This document shows positions 38,936 through 51,900 of a DNA stretch of 64,000 nucleotides, piece by piece. The stretch is from NCBI GenBank assembly GCA_051362555.1, contig CM120649.1, positions 15,004,001 to 15,068,000 of the forward strand, in the 5' to 3' direction. This DNA comes from Lingula anatina. Its lineage: Eukaryota; Animalia; Brachiopoda. How positions within the stretch are numbered: position 1 is the stretch's first letter; every line of letters begins with the position of its first letter. The notes below the pieces were generated by a model. That model made no database searches, had not been told where the DNA came from, and saw nothing but the letters and a program-made list of their open reading frames with translations. The position numbers and the translations under genes were made by a program.

Positions 38936-41900
38936 CATGCGTGCGTGTGTGTAACAGGTCCCTAGAACCAGCAGGACACAGTCTTACCCCTTGTCTCCAT
39001 CTTCCACCCCTTCATCATCATCTGACAGCTGAGGTAGGGCAGCCGACGCGTCCCCCTCCCCCTCGGCTGGGGCCTCATTCTCCCCCTCATCATCAGATAT
39101 AACTGGAACAAGAAAATATAGATATATTTCATGTGTTGAATTGTCAGTTCACTTTGTTCAAATAAATATTAATATCCAAAATTATATTTCAAACATATTA
39201 TCCTAGAATTCTGTCCCGTAACTGGATCCTCTTTGCACAAATAATTTCACATAAGTTAATGTGTAAAACTTCATTTCTGCTCATCAGCAAATGGCTTGTT
39301 CAATAACTACATTATATTCAAGATAAAATGTTGATGTTTTCAGAGCTAAATGGTTGTGTAACAAAATTACCTGCTACTTTCTTTTTCTTTGGAGTTTCCA
39401 TGTCTGCATCTTGAAAGCCCTGAAGGAAGAAGTAAATACACAGTTTAATGAAAAACACCCATACATGATAAATATTGGCAGTTTACAACTACATAAAAGA
39501 TAAAAGCATTTGGCACACAAAAGCTATTTTACATACTGTTTTCTGAAAGCAGGAGGCAAAACTGTATCATATAACAAATCATACCTCAAATTCTTCTTCT
39601 TCATCACTAGAGCCAAAGATGTCTGCTATAAGTTCACCAACGTTGGACCTGGAAAAAAGAACAAAATGGATCTACATCAAATACTCATTTCTGAATCAAT
39701 GAAAAATCATAACAACAAGAACAATAGCACTTTACATGATAATAGACGATAAAAAAAAATAATAAGAATTATTAGAACCTTAATTTAACATAAAATGTTC
39801 TTACTCTTTATCACTATCCTCGTCATCGCTGCCCTTTTCAGAACCCTCTTTGTCCAGTGAAACATTTTGACGCTCCTCTTTTGTGTCTAAAGATAAAAGT
39901 AAAATATTCACAAGTTTTCTGACAGAGATTTCTACTTCAAATCTATGAAAGTTTACAAATATTATTTTAATTTTATTTTACTATATTTCTCTTGAAAGTG
40001 CAAAGAAAAAAGTGACAGGAATACAATTCATAGTTGCTCCTTAAACACCTAATGTCTTCTTTGTTATCAACTCACCCAGCTATTTAATAAACACTGAGGT
40101 TATAACTTTACAATGCAATTTAAGATAAAGTGAACCATTTGAATAATCTTTAGTAATATTTTCACCTTTCTCGTCCTCATTTCCAGCTTCAGATTTCTTC
40201 CCTTCGTCACCACTTCTAAACAAATTAAATGAAAACCAAAATATTAAACACAAAATATATTACATACCAATTTTCTCAACTTACTGATGTATAAACTTTA
40301 CAGTAATTATAGTCATTTTTAATAAGAGATGCCAGTGCTAGTAAGTAATGATGCATCTTAAGTCAGTAAAATGTCCAACAGCTTTACTGAGGTATAACTA
40401 ATAACGCAAACTGAAATTCCACAGGTACAATTTCCAGAGAGAGATAAAAAAGTTACAACATCATAACCTTCAAATTGAGCTTACCCTGCCTTTGCTTCCT
40501 CATCTTCACCCCTCCTCCTCTCAGCCTCACTGCCATCCCTGCTCTCTTCATCTTTGTTGCTAGGAGAACGAGGCCCCTCAGCATCACTGCTGGGTGAAGC
40601 TGGGCCCTCTTCAGGTTTCTCCACAGGAGATGCAGGCCCTTCTGCAGCATCTCCTTGGAAACCAGGTGGCGACTGGGGACCTTGGTTACTGCTGCTAGGA
40701 GATGTGGGTCCATCTTTGTTAACTGAATCTTGGCTGACTTCATCCTGAAAACTCGGAGATTGTGGACCCTGGTTACTGTTGCTAGGTGAGATGGGCCCCC
40801 GACTACCATCATCAGGGGACTGTGGCCCCTGGTCACTGTTGCTAGGTGACTGAGGGCCTTGGTTACTGTTGCTAGGAGACTGAGGCCCTTGGTAACTGTC
40901 AACAGAAGACCAATTTCCTTGGGCACTTGGTGATTGTGGTCCCTCACTCACCACCGCAGCATGCGTAGAAAATGGCGGCTGATTTGGAACATATTCTGAC
41001 CTGTTTTCTTCCATCATTGTCTCGCTCCAGGCAACACTATCAAGTTGACTATCTTGAGCACTGTCATACTCAGAGTTTTTCTGGTTATCACCAGCTGTTT
41101 CTCCACTTTCAAAGTCACTCATCCTGCTACTCTGTTGTGAGTCCTGGTTCTGCACCTCCATATTGTCCGTTCTATCCCCTCCATCATCTGATGGACTGTG
41201 TGCTGACCCCTGGCTAGGACTGGCTGGACCTTGGCTATCCTCCCCGCCTGGACTCTGGTGGTCACTACCAGCTGGACAGGCTGGACCTTGGTCATCATCA
41301 CTTTGGTCACTCATGGGACTTGGGGACCTGACCTCTTCCCCTTCCTGACTTCCTTCAGGACTCGGAGATCTTATGTCAGCACCTGCCTGCTCCTCCGCCA
41401 TTGGAGAATCAATTTCTCCATCACCGTCTTCCTCTTCTTCTGGTTGTGGATATTGGTTTGATTCATCCATGTTTGCATTGTCGTTGTCAGAATCTTGGAT
41501 TTCTCCGTCACCATCAGAACCCTGATCTTCCATCGACTCTTCATCTGTTAACAAAGAAATATAGAACAGAAATTTAAGTCCATTTATTTCATTAATGTTC
41601 TGAAAACATAAAAACTGACAGATTCTTTTTTATTTCTTTTTTTTTGCCACTAACCAGATTCAGGTGAGGCTACCTTCAGCTAATTGGAAAGCACAAACTG
41701 CACTCTGTGGATTCACCAAGGTAAAAATGCACTAAATAAAATTTAAAAAAACCAGGACACTTGTTACTTGCATGATTACTCTTCAACTTGAACATCAGTC
41801 TTACCCCTCTGCTGTACATCCCCATCATCAGCTTCCTCTCCAGACAGCTGGCCCTCACTGTCCTCCTCCTGATCTTCACCAGTGTAGGATTCACGGCGGT

Positions 41901-43348
41901 GAGCAGGCAACTCGTTCTCTTCCTCGTCTGCTATCTCTCCTTCCTCCTCCTCATCCTCATCTTCAAAATGTGATCTTCCTATGGAAAATGGTTGTGTTCC
42001 ACCTGGCTGTAGGTTGGAAGAATATTTAGAATGTATTGATCATGTTTGAAAAAAAAATGATTACTCCTACAAAATTCATTTCTTTTAACTGACCACTGTT
42101 TTAATACTTTTCAGTTTATTTATCAAGTTTAATTTATATAAAATGTACATCATAACTGACCTACGCCAGAGCTCTTACAGGTGAAATATAAAATCAATCA
42201 AGTTAAAGTTCAAATGACAAATTAGCATACAAGGAAGACATATCTGAATTCAAAATTAAAGTTAAAACAAGAAACAACAGAAGGGAAAAAGCTTTTCAAA
42301 AACCTCTTTACTGTTTTTAAGGTTAAAAGTCTCCTGTTGTTTGATAAGAACTTGGACTAAAAGCAGTGATAGATTAATAAAATTATTGAGGGGCTGATAT
42401 TGCAGATTTCTGAAGGAATATTATGACAACAAATTGGAGTCTCTGATATAATATAATATAATAGTGTCTAACTTACTGGCTGTGCTTCCTCTAACTGGTA
42501 CCCATACTCTGGCTCATCTTGAAGTGGTGTTCCTCCGCCATCTATAAAATAATCAAAAGATATTAAACATCACTCTGGCAGCAGCGTGCACTTTCACACC
42601 AAGACTCGAGTTCACTTTGGTTTATCAGTATTATTCAACACGTCCACGGCAATTTATTTGAAGATACCAAACGAATCCAAACTCTGCTTTGTGCCTTTCA
42701 CTTATTGGAATTGGAATATTTTAACCATCAGCTTTCTAATTTTTTTAAAATTCATTTATTAATCTTATATGCTGTTGTTACAGAATCAGAAAAACATGTA
42801 CAATATAAATTAATAAAATTAATAATAATATAAAAATATTTACATATAATTAAAAGCAACGTATCTATAGAAAACCATTTTCTTTTAACTCCTGTAAAAA
42901 AAATATTTAAAAAAAAATATAAATGTGCATTGTAAGCGTTTGGTGAAGTCATGGCGTTATAATTTAGGCTGTAGCGTGTTGTCTAGAAAGAAAACAAGAC
43001 CACCAATAATAGCTAAAAATATTGGCAAAAACCTATTTACTTTTACTTTGTGTTTTATCATGGCGTTTGATCTCTTAATACAACTAAATAATACAACGCT
43101 ATCGTGACCAAAAACGCACGAATAGCATGTGCAGTCTAACAGTAAATCTGTCACTTTGTTTGAGAATCTTGCCGCTTTCTTTTTTTAACATCCAAGAGGT
43201 TGTATTATTCCCTTCGTATACACCCTGTATAATCTATTCAATACGAATTCCATTTGTAACGAAATGTATCTTCTTTTCTAGTTCTACTTATATTATTCAT
43301 AAATGAATGATTAAAAGCTAAAACATCACCTTCTTCGCCGCTCGACAT
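34337..43348 (-). CDS. IWS1: Transcription elongation factor IWS1/Spn1, 864 aa, 18 exons
   Basis: Exons 43348-43330, 42541-42477, 42006-41805, 41544-40485, 40215-40166, 39886-39805, 39648-39585, 39419-39371, 39102-38988, 38680-38533, 38184-38102, 37757-37706, 37209-37132, 36873-36756, 36342-36234, 35294-35235, 34927-34813 and 34462-34337. Hallmark motifs [91 protein letters not shown] and [13 protein letters not shown]. Confidence 0.96.
37430..37680. mobile_element. Dispersed MITE-like repeat in an IWS1 intron
   Basis: Imperfect inverted ends (GATCGATCTAG..ATCTCTGAGGGG / CCCCCTCAGAGATGG..CTAGATCGATC). Homologous to 9485-9624. Confidence 0.6.
40555..40950 (-). repeat. Coding 30-bp-based tandem repeats (GPxSPS) in IWS1 exon 4
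   Basis: Repeated GGTTACTGTTGCTAGG...GGCCC units encoding [10 protein letters not shown]-like decamers. Confidence 0.85.
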
Positions 43349-44165
43349 TATTTTGTCTCGCAATGCTCGTTTTCAAGATGGCAGCGCCCTAGTTCACGTC
43401 TCCGTTTACAGGAGACTTCTAGACACAAGACACGCTTACCGATGTATTTCTTCGTCACGTTTGCAGACGCAGACAGACATTAAGGACGGCTGATTGGATT
43501 TATACAGTTTATGAAATATGTTATTCAAATATATATAGTCTTAAAAAAGTCATAAGAGACACATATAATCAGTGTGCACGAAAGTGTGATTATGAAATAA
43601 AATATTCATCAGATTATAGATCGCCTACATTTAGGCTGAACTGAAGGTACGCAGTCGGCGACACAGTCCTTCTCGAAGAAAAGGAATCAAATAATAGTTT
43701 AAACTAAAAATGAGAAAGAAAAAATCTGAAACGTTTCATAACATTGCAAGCGAGCAAATAAGCAACGCATGTATAACCCTGCATTTTATAACCCGTTTAA
43801 TTTGGAGCCTCTTCAAAATATGATATGTCACATTAAATAGTAAAACTTGCATCCCGCTTCCAGTCCACATATAATTTACGTGAGCGTTGTTCTCTTATTT
43901 TGACGCGAGTTAAAGTTTTTCATATCAGGCTTGTAAACGCACCATAACAATCAGCAACGGTATTGATGTGGTATTTTGTAAAGCCTAAGCCTGTAAGGTG
44001 CCCTTTACGTTTTCTTTGTATTGGTATGTAAACACAATTATAAAGAATCGAATCGCAGAGCATGTGCAGGTATATTTAGGCCAGGTAGCGCAGCAAATAT
44101 ATACAGTCGCGCTGCGTATGTTTGGAAAAGACCATCATGGAGTGTCAGTAAATGAGAATCCATGC
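43349..44165. promoter_or_regulatory. Probable bidirectional promoter region (IWS1 / multi-pass membrane protein)
   Basis: The two start codons are divergent and ~820 bp apart. YY1-like CAAGATGGC at 43374-43382. Confidence 0.5.
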
Positions 44166-44685
44166 ATGTTGGAAATGAATGCCGTGAAGCTGACTGTCGC
44201 CATTTTTGCTTGCTGTGTCTCCCTGTTTGATTATGTTGGCTCTGAAGCCACACCTGTGCGTTTCGAGGAAGATGACAGGGAGCACATAGTAGGCCTACCT
44301 GTGAACGGGCACGTTATCACAGAGACCCAGGTAAGCGGAGTGCGGGTCACGCCCGTCTGTGCAGTCAGATTTTGGACATTTTAAAAAACTTAGAGCCTTC
44401 TACCAACCTATCGATCCCTAAATGTCCTACGTGATAGGACAGCAGTCACGTTGTTCACTTCATATATTTCGTAAGTAAACGCTAAATTCTATCAGCCTTC
44501 ACTTAGATTAGACCAGGGAATTATATCCAAGATGATATACTTCCATTATTAGACCGACTACTACAATGGGCCTACAGCCCCAATACCTGTTAAACATAGT
44601 TTAGTTCAACAAACTATACAGCTTTATTTCATACATAGCGTGCTCTTAGGAGCTGACAAGGCTGTGGTGTTTACTCTCTCCCCCC

Positions 44686-44744
<59 letters not shown>

Positions 44745-47700
44745 TCTCATCCAAGTCAGTCATTAAAACAGGGAGCAAGGAGATGGTTAAAAAAATAAGT
44801 CTTTAATGCTCCCCACCCACCCGGTTCAGAGGCTTATGTGTTTCTGAGTGTTATAGCACCCGACTTAAAATCCGCCTCCTTTGTACCTCTGCCCAGCACC
44901 TCTTTCACCAACTGAAGGGATATGCAAGGGTCTCTGCAGGTACAGGTGCAAGGCTAACACATGCGCACATGTTGATATAACGGATACAAGAAGGTCCGAT
45001 TGGGGTAGAGTTGGGATGGGTGCCATCAAGAAAGCATATTGAGTGGGACACGCACAGGCGCATTTCCCCAGTTGGAGCACGCCAAATTACAGTACCGTGG
45101 TGAAAATTGCAGCATATTCAATGTACACCACAATAATTATTAGAAATGATTTATCTAGTCTCTATAAATGTACCTGCTATATTTTCCCTTTCCATCCTGT
45201 AACATCTCAAAGAATATATCATTTTATATTTCAGTGTGCCACAGACCGTTGCATGGTTTTCCCGGTCGATCCTACAATCCATCAGAAGGTGCTGGATCTC
45301 GTGCGACAGGAGACCAAACTCATCAATTTCTTCTTCAAGTTTGTCGGCTATTCGTCGCAAGATAATCCTTTGCTGCTGAACATGTCAGAGTTTTACCGCG
45401 GAAACACGTGGTCGCGCGCGCACTCCCGCCATGGCCGAACACTCCTGACGCTTGCATTTAATTACGACATACTATCATTGACTATGTTGAGCATTGGGCG
45501 AGTGGATATGACTGTCAATTTAGACGATTCACCACGTGGTTGTCTCGCGGGATTTAGTGAGATGTGCAAGGTGCAGAAAATTCGACAACTTTTGTTTTAT
45601 GACCTCATTGTTAATGGGACTTCTTCATCGGTAACCAAAGATGATTATATTTGTAATCCGGTTATTAAACGAGTAAAGGATCACGGTCATTTTGTGTATA
45701 AATGCTGCACGTGGTTTAACGGGGAAATGCTTTGCACGGATCAACTAAAAGACGGCTGGGTGACGGTGTTGGACTACATGATAATCACATGCATGTACCT
45801 GGTCATTTTGTTTGCGCCACTTGCAGCCCCTCGATGGGTTTACACCTTTGCCAAGGACCAAATGACATACGTTTTAAAGTTAGGAGACAATGGCGGACCA
45901 AAGAAGTTACAGTTCACTGTTCACGTGTCAACGAAAGATCCGGACAAAACTTACTTGACCGCGCGCCACGTGCTCGAAATCCGTGACTTAAGAACTTTTC
46001 CAAAACTCACTAGGAAGATTCGAGAATGGGAAAGAGATAAAAAGCTTGACCAAGACATCCGTGTTGAAACATCAGAGCTTCATCTTGCCGTTGACTTGGA
46101 CAAGACTTTAACAATGCACAACGTGCCTATAGGATTCCCGCACTTTATCAGCCGCATGTTTTGTCAATGCAAATTAGCAAAAGAACCCGGATGTTCCAGT
46201 TTTTGCCGCTCCAGTGTGTGGGGTTGTCTACCGAATACGGACGAAATATATTGTACTTGGCTTCATGTTGGGAAATGTTTGGGTATAATGATTCTCGTAG
46301 CATGCGCGTTGCCACTGCCATTTATTATACGACTTGGACTTTACTTTTTATACGAACAGGACGAGGTATTGCTGCGAAAGGCCGCGCTGCATTCGTTGCA
46401 CCTACATGAAAATTACGAAGAAAATTTGCTTCAATATCTCACGCCCTTCCACCCAGCGCTTGTCTGTGCGTACCTGTTTTACTTTTTATGTTGCACCGTA
46501 TATTGTCTTGCCTACAATAATGTTAGAGGGACGGGAATGGTGAGACGAATTGTGAAGACGTCATTCGAAGACTTAATGGGAATAAAGTACGGACAAGTGT
46601 TACAGAGACTGGTTGCCGTAGTGTTATTGCCGTTAGAGAGGTTCGGCGTTTGTGGCTTCCTCTTTGGTCTCCTATACTGGCCTGTTGTCGTTCCTGTGTG
46701 TCTCATCATGGTTCCGTTTTATTGCCTCCCAACACTGTACCTCTCCATAAGGATGCTGTTTAATTCACAGATGTCGCTGCAACGCTTCAGATCAAAACCG
46801 GACCAAGACAAGGGGCAAAGGTTCGAGAGGCCGTCAGGAAGTCAGTTAAAAAGGAATCTGGTTCATGGAATGAAACGCGTTCATAATCTCCTTGGCAACA
46901 TGAACATAACTCACAACGATTCTGAGCATCATCACAAGTATCGCCCCCACGTGAGTGATATGTCCTGTTACGGGAGAACGCGGAAGATTGTTCTTCACCT
47001 TGCAGCTGCCTTCGTATGCATATGCTTTCTTTATTCAGTTCTCATTATGTTAGCAGAGAGTGCCTATTTAGGTACGGAGGTATTTGCCCTGACTTTGATG
47101 GGGGCTATCATAAACGCTGGCACCACATTGAAATTCCTGTCCCTGGTGGCCCTGATTGTTCTTTACGCCTACGACGCATTAAATGACGTATACAAAACGT
47201 ACCTAGAGCTAAACCAAAGCATCGTGACGACAGTGTATAATTTGGCAAATGAGGTTGCCTATGGCGGTATTGAGCAAGGTAGTGGGGAGACTAATAAACC
47301 AAGAACGGCATTTCAGCTGAACCTTGCTGAGCACAAGGTCGGCAAGAGGGAAAGTTACCAACCTGATGGACTCTCCACCAAGGGATCGAGGAGAAACCAT
47401 TACCATGTGAACAATCTCTGTCTGTTGATGGATTCCAACGACACTGCTCGTATACCGATAGACCTGTTTTACCGGATGTGCGAAATCGACATCTCCCACT
47501 CCCCTGGGCCGATAGAGAGGAGGGTGTGGGGTGCGTTGGGGTACCTCTTTTTGATCACCTTGTTCATTGGGTTTGTGTTCATAGTCGTGGGGACGTTTGG
47601 GAACCTGTATAACATTTCAACTACCAACCAAACTCTGGCATCGCTGGCTGGGGGTGCACTGCCGTTCTTCCTGAGGAGCTTCTGCAAGCCGCCAAAGTTG

Positions 47701-48330
47701 GATGGAAGCTACAAAACTGCGATCAGCTTTAGGCGGCGATTTGACGAAACCATAGCCACCTACTCACAGTCGTGGCCCATTGCAGATTTAGATGTGACCG
47801 AAGTGAAGGAAACCGAAGACGGTTCATGCAGCGAATGGGCGCCTATTTGTTACGTCGACAGCGCGGTCGCTGTACAAGAAACGGGCGCTCCTGTACCAAT
47901 GAAGGAGCTGGTTGTCGAACAAAAACCAAGCAACTTGTTTGATAGGCTCACCGACGCTATACGGTCAGGTTTAGGGAGTAGAGGAAGCTTAGACAGTATC
48001 TCAAGCTCTGATGATGACGGCAAGTCGAATTCATTGCTTGCATTCAGTGGCGTGAGCTCCGTTGCTGACATCACTTCCGGTGAGAACGGTGTTATCTTTG
48101 ACTTCGCAGACGGGTCCGTAACCATGGTAGATTCACGGCCTGATATACTGATAAAAATTGATAAGCGAACTTTGGCCAAACTGAATGGAAATCACCCGGA
48201 TGTTAAACGGAAGTTACGTCATCACTATGATGAAATAGACCTAGGCAATTCAGACGACGTACGCACATTTAATAAAATATCAGACAACAATGACTGCGTT
48301 TCCAATGAATCGGAAGGCACCGATTTGTAA
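44166..48330 (+). CDS. Uncharacterised multi-pass membrane protein, ~1086 aa, 2 coding exons
   Basis: Exon 44166-44330 encodes a signal peptide (MNAVKLTVAIFACCVSLFDYVGSEA) with donor CAG|GTAAGC. It splices in phase 0 to the 3.1-kb exon 45235-48330. The protein has a Cys-containing ectodomain, ~9-11 hydrophobic segments and a Ser/Asp-rich C-terminal tail. No family was recognised. Confidence 0.85.
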
Positions 48331-49790
48331 ATGGTTGAATTGTATATAATATTAATAGTAGTGGTTGTATAGGCCTAGGTTGATTTTATAACAATCCTAT
48401 CTTACCGTTTTAAAATGTTCACAAGTGATATGTGGGAAAGAACCCATCGCGCCAACCAAGTGTTTTTTTTTCCTTAATCACACAGTAGTAGAAAACATTT
48501 AAACTCTAAATAAATGGAGAGACTCCACCTGAGTGCTGCATAATTTAGCTTGTGCCTTGAACTGAATATAGAAATGGAAGAAAAGCCAAAAATTAAGAGA
48601 GATAATATACAAACTAATTTACCTGACAGAAAGAAATAATGAGATTAAATTCATAATATACTGTTTCAACCATCAACGAGTGTTATAATTGTCTATATGT
48701 AATATTTTTATTTATGTGAAATCATTTTATTGAAAATAAACTTTGAAGGGTGTCATTTTTCCACCAAATATTAATCATTTTCCAAATTTGTGTCCCACTT
48801 CTCTAAACGTATATACTTTACAATAACTATGAATACCTGATTGTTTATTTATGAACTGATCAGAAAAAAAAAAACGTTTTGTCACAGTTTCTTTTATTTT
48901 CTACGTCAGCTCAAATTACAGCATTTTTATCATAGTCATATCAACTTAGTGAAAAATTAACGTTTGTGCCACATGGAAAATTGAAACACGTTTCGCTATC
49001 TTTCAGTTTGGACACGTGAAAATTTCCATTAATATAAATGTGCACCTTTTAAAGTAAGCGTTTAGCCAACATTATAAAAGTAATACATACTGATTAATAA
49101 ATAAAGTAAGAAAAAGACAAAAAAAAAGCTTCATAAGCTGATTGTACATATACTTTCAAAGCACACTGTGGCCTTAATGTTAAAAATGCGTAATAAAAAT
49201 AAAATTGCATTGCACTTCTATGTACATCTTTACACTTTGATTTTTCAAAATATGCTTTAAAAGTCTCTGATATGTGGAAAATAAAACCAAACGCGATTTT
49301 CAGCAAAGTGAATATGGAAAACAAACAACTCCAAAAACGAGCGACACTGAATTATGCACTCAAAAAAACATGCAAAGTAGGCCTATAGACATGCAAATAG
49401 CCTATGTAAGTTGCACATAGCAGTTCACAAATACATATTTCATGGCATTAAAAATATCTTTTGTACAACACAGCTACTTTTCTACAATACAATACAATAG
49501 TCAACATGATCAATCTTTCGGCATCAAGTTTAATGCTATTGAATGTAACGACACACTCATTGGCAACAGAAAAATAAAAAAGTACTAAAAAGGCATAATA
49601 ATTATACACAGTCTGTATAAAAGGTTAGATACGTAGATACTGAGTTCACTTAACAAAAACAGATCACCACTGTCTTGATGATATAAAACATCGGTGGGAG
49701 GTCCTTTTATACTTGTCCCTTAGTGCTAAAAACCAGTAGTTTTCTGAAGCTGGTTAAGTACGAGTGTTTTGGCTTGTATCCTATCACAAT

Positions 49791-49948
49791 CAGGGGCGGA
49801 TTGAGTCCGTCTTCTTGAAGACGGCCAGATTTTCAAGTCTATATTGACAGATATCTAATTTTTCTGACTGAAGACGGTCATAAATGGACGACTGATCAAA
49901 ACAGGTAATTTGGAAGACCGTCAGAAAATATCTCTGGATCCGCCACTG
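49791..49948. mobile_element. MITE (CAGGGGCGGAT TIR family), copy 2
   Basis: Flanked by an ACAAT duplication. Absent at the paralogous site (~61954-61958). Confidence 0.88.
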
Positions 49949-50057
49949 ACAATAAAACTTTAAAAGAAATAAACATGTACTTAAGTCAACTTTACAGTGG
50001 GGGTCGCAATGAAACCGGTCGTCTGTTGAGGACGGCTATGAATCTATTTCAGGTGTC

Positions 50058-51069
50058 CTACATAAAAAGTGGCGCGATTACTGCTACAAATACCAAGGAC
50101 AGTGTGGTCATGGAAGCTTGCAGAAGTGTTGATCCCGAGGAGGCGCGAGCCAGCCTATCGTATTTCCCTCTCAATTCCTGTAAGGAGAAACGAAAGGAAA
50201 ATGATCAAGACTAAGATGAGTGCCTCTCGCAAGCGAAGTAAAATGTACTGTTTGTATTTTGTACTTAATGTGAAAGTTATCATTTCTCTCTCTCTCTCTC
50301 TCTCCCACACACACACACGCACACACACACTGAGTAACATTTACCATAACTACCCCAAAAATATCTATACAAATACAATGTTAACCACGCATTTCCATTT
50401 CCGTAAATCATGATAATATCAATTTGTCGATTAAAAATCAACAGATGTGACTTACTCTGATGCCACTCTTAAGGGACGCAACATCAGCTTTACTTTGGCT
50501 TAAATCTCCCCGCAGAGCACTTATCTTTCTGTACATTTCCTGTCGCAAGTCCTGTAATATTATCATTTTATCATATTTTATTTTGTATAGATTAAATTGG
50601 CAGACCTCTGTATAAATATCAATAAATAATATCAATTACGATATTAATAAAGCAATTGTATTAATATAAACGTCAGGAAATTGATTTTCTGTATATTCAC
50701 GTTATGTACAACGAATGAAGCTAAGCCATAAAAGTTATTTAAAGGGGGGGGGCTTTTGAAATAACCTTTTTGGATATTTTTGTAAAAAAATGAGAGTATC
50801 AAATGCAGTTGTTACACATAAAACATTGACGTCACAATAGTCGATTGAAATACAGGAGCCTGCTGTCAACGTGTCCAGCGTAATAACGACTATATTTGTA
50901 AACTCAAGTGCCCAAGAAAGGTTTACCGTTTTACTCCGGTCCAGCCTATCGTATTTTCCACTCAATTCCTGTAAGGAGAAACGAAAGGAAAATGATCAAG
51001 ACTTAGAAGAGTGCCTCTCGAAAACGAAGTAAAATGTACTGTTTGTATTTTGTACTTTAATGTGAAAGT

Positions 51070-51126
<57 letters not shown>

Positions 51127-51845
51127 CGACTAACATTTACCATAACTACCCCAAAAATATATATACAAAAACAATGTTAACCACGCATTTCCATTTTTAA
51201 TTATGATGTTATCAATTTGTCGATTAGAAATCAAAATGTGACCTACTCTGATGTCACTCCTAATGGACGCAACATCAGCTCCACTTCGACTTAAATCTCC
51301 CCGCAGAGCACTTATCTTGCTGGACATGTCCTGCTGCAAGTCCTGAAATATTATCATTTTATCATATTTCATTTGGTATAGCTTAATTTGGCAAACCTCG
51401 GTATTAATATCAATTAATATACGATATTTATATAGCAATCGTATTAATATTTGATTGATTTTCTGTATATTCACGTTATGTACAACGAATGAAGCTAAGC
51501 CATAAAAGTTATTTAAAGGGGGGCCTTTTGAAATAACCTTTTGGGATATTTTTTGAAAAAAATGGGAGTATCAAATGCAGTTGTTCCACATAAAACGTTG
51601 ACGTCACAATAGTCGATTGAAATACAGGCTGTCAACGTGTACAGCGTAATATAATTACAATATTTGTAAACTCAAGTGCCCCAGAAAGGTTTACCGTTTT
51701 ACTCCGGTCCAACCTATCGTATTTTCCTCTCAATTCCTGTAAATGAAACGAAAAGGAAAATGATCATTCAAGACTTAGATGAGTGCCTCTCGAAAGCGAA
51801 GTAAAATGTACTGTTTGTATTTTGTACTTTAGTGTGAAAGTTATC

Positions 51846-51900
<55 letters not shown>

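Noticed and set aside
40453-40947. 164-aa overlapping alternative-frame ORF in IWS1 exon 4
   Set aside because: Explained by the stop-poor 30-bp repeat. There is no independent start or splice support.
45043-45234. N-terminal 64 codons of the 1095-aa ORF
   Set aside because: Intron sequence upstream of the TTTCAG acceptor at 45234. The real N-terminus is the signal-peptide exon at 44166-44330.
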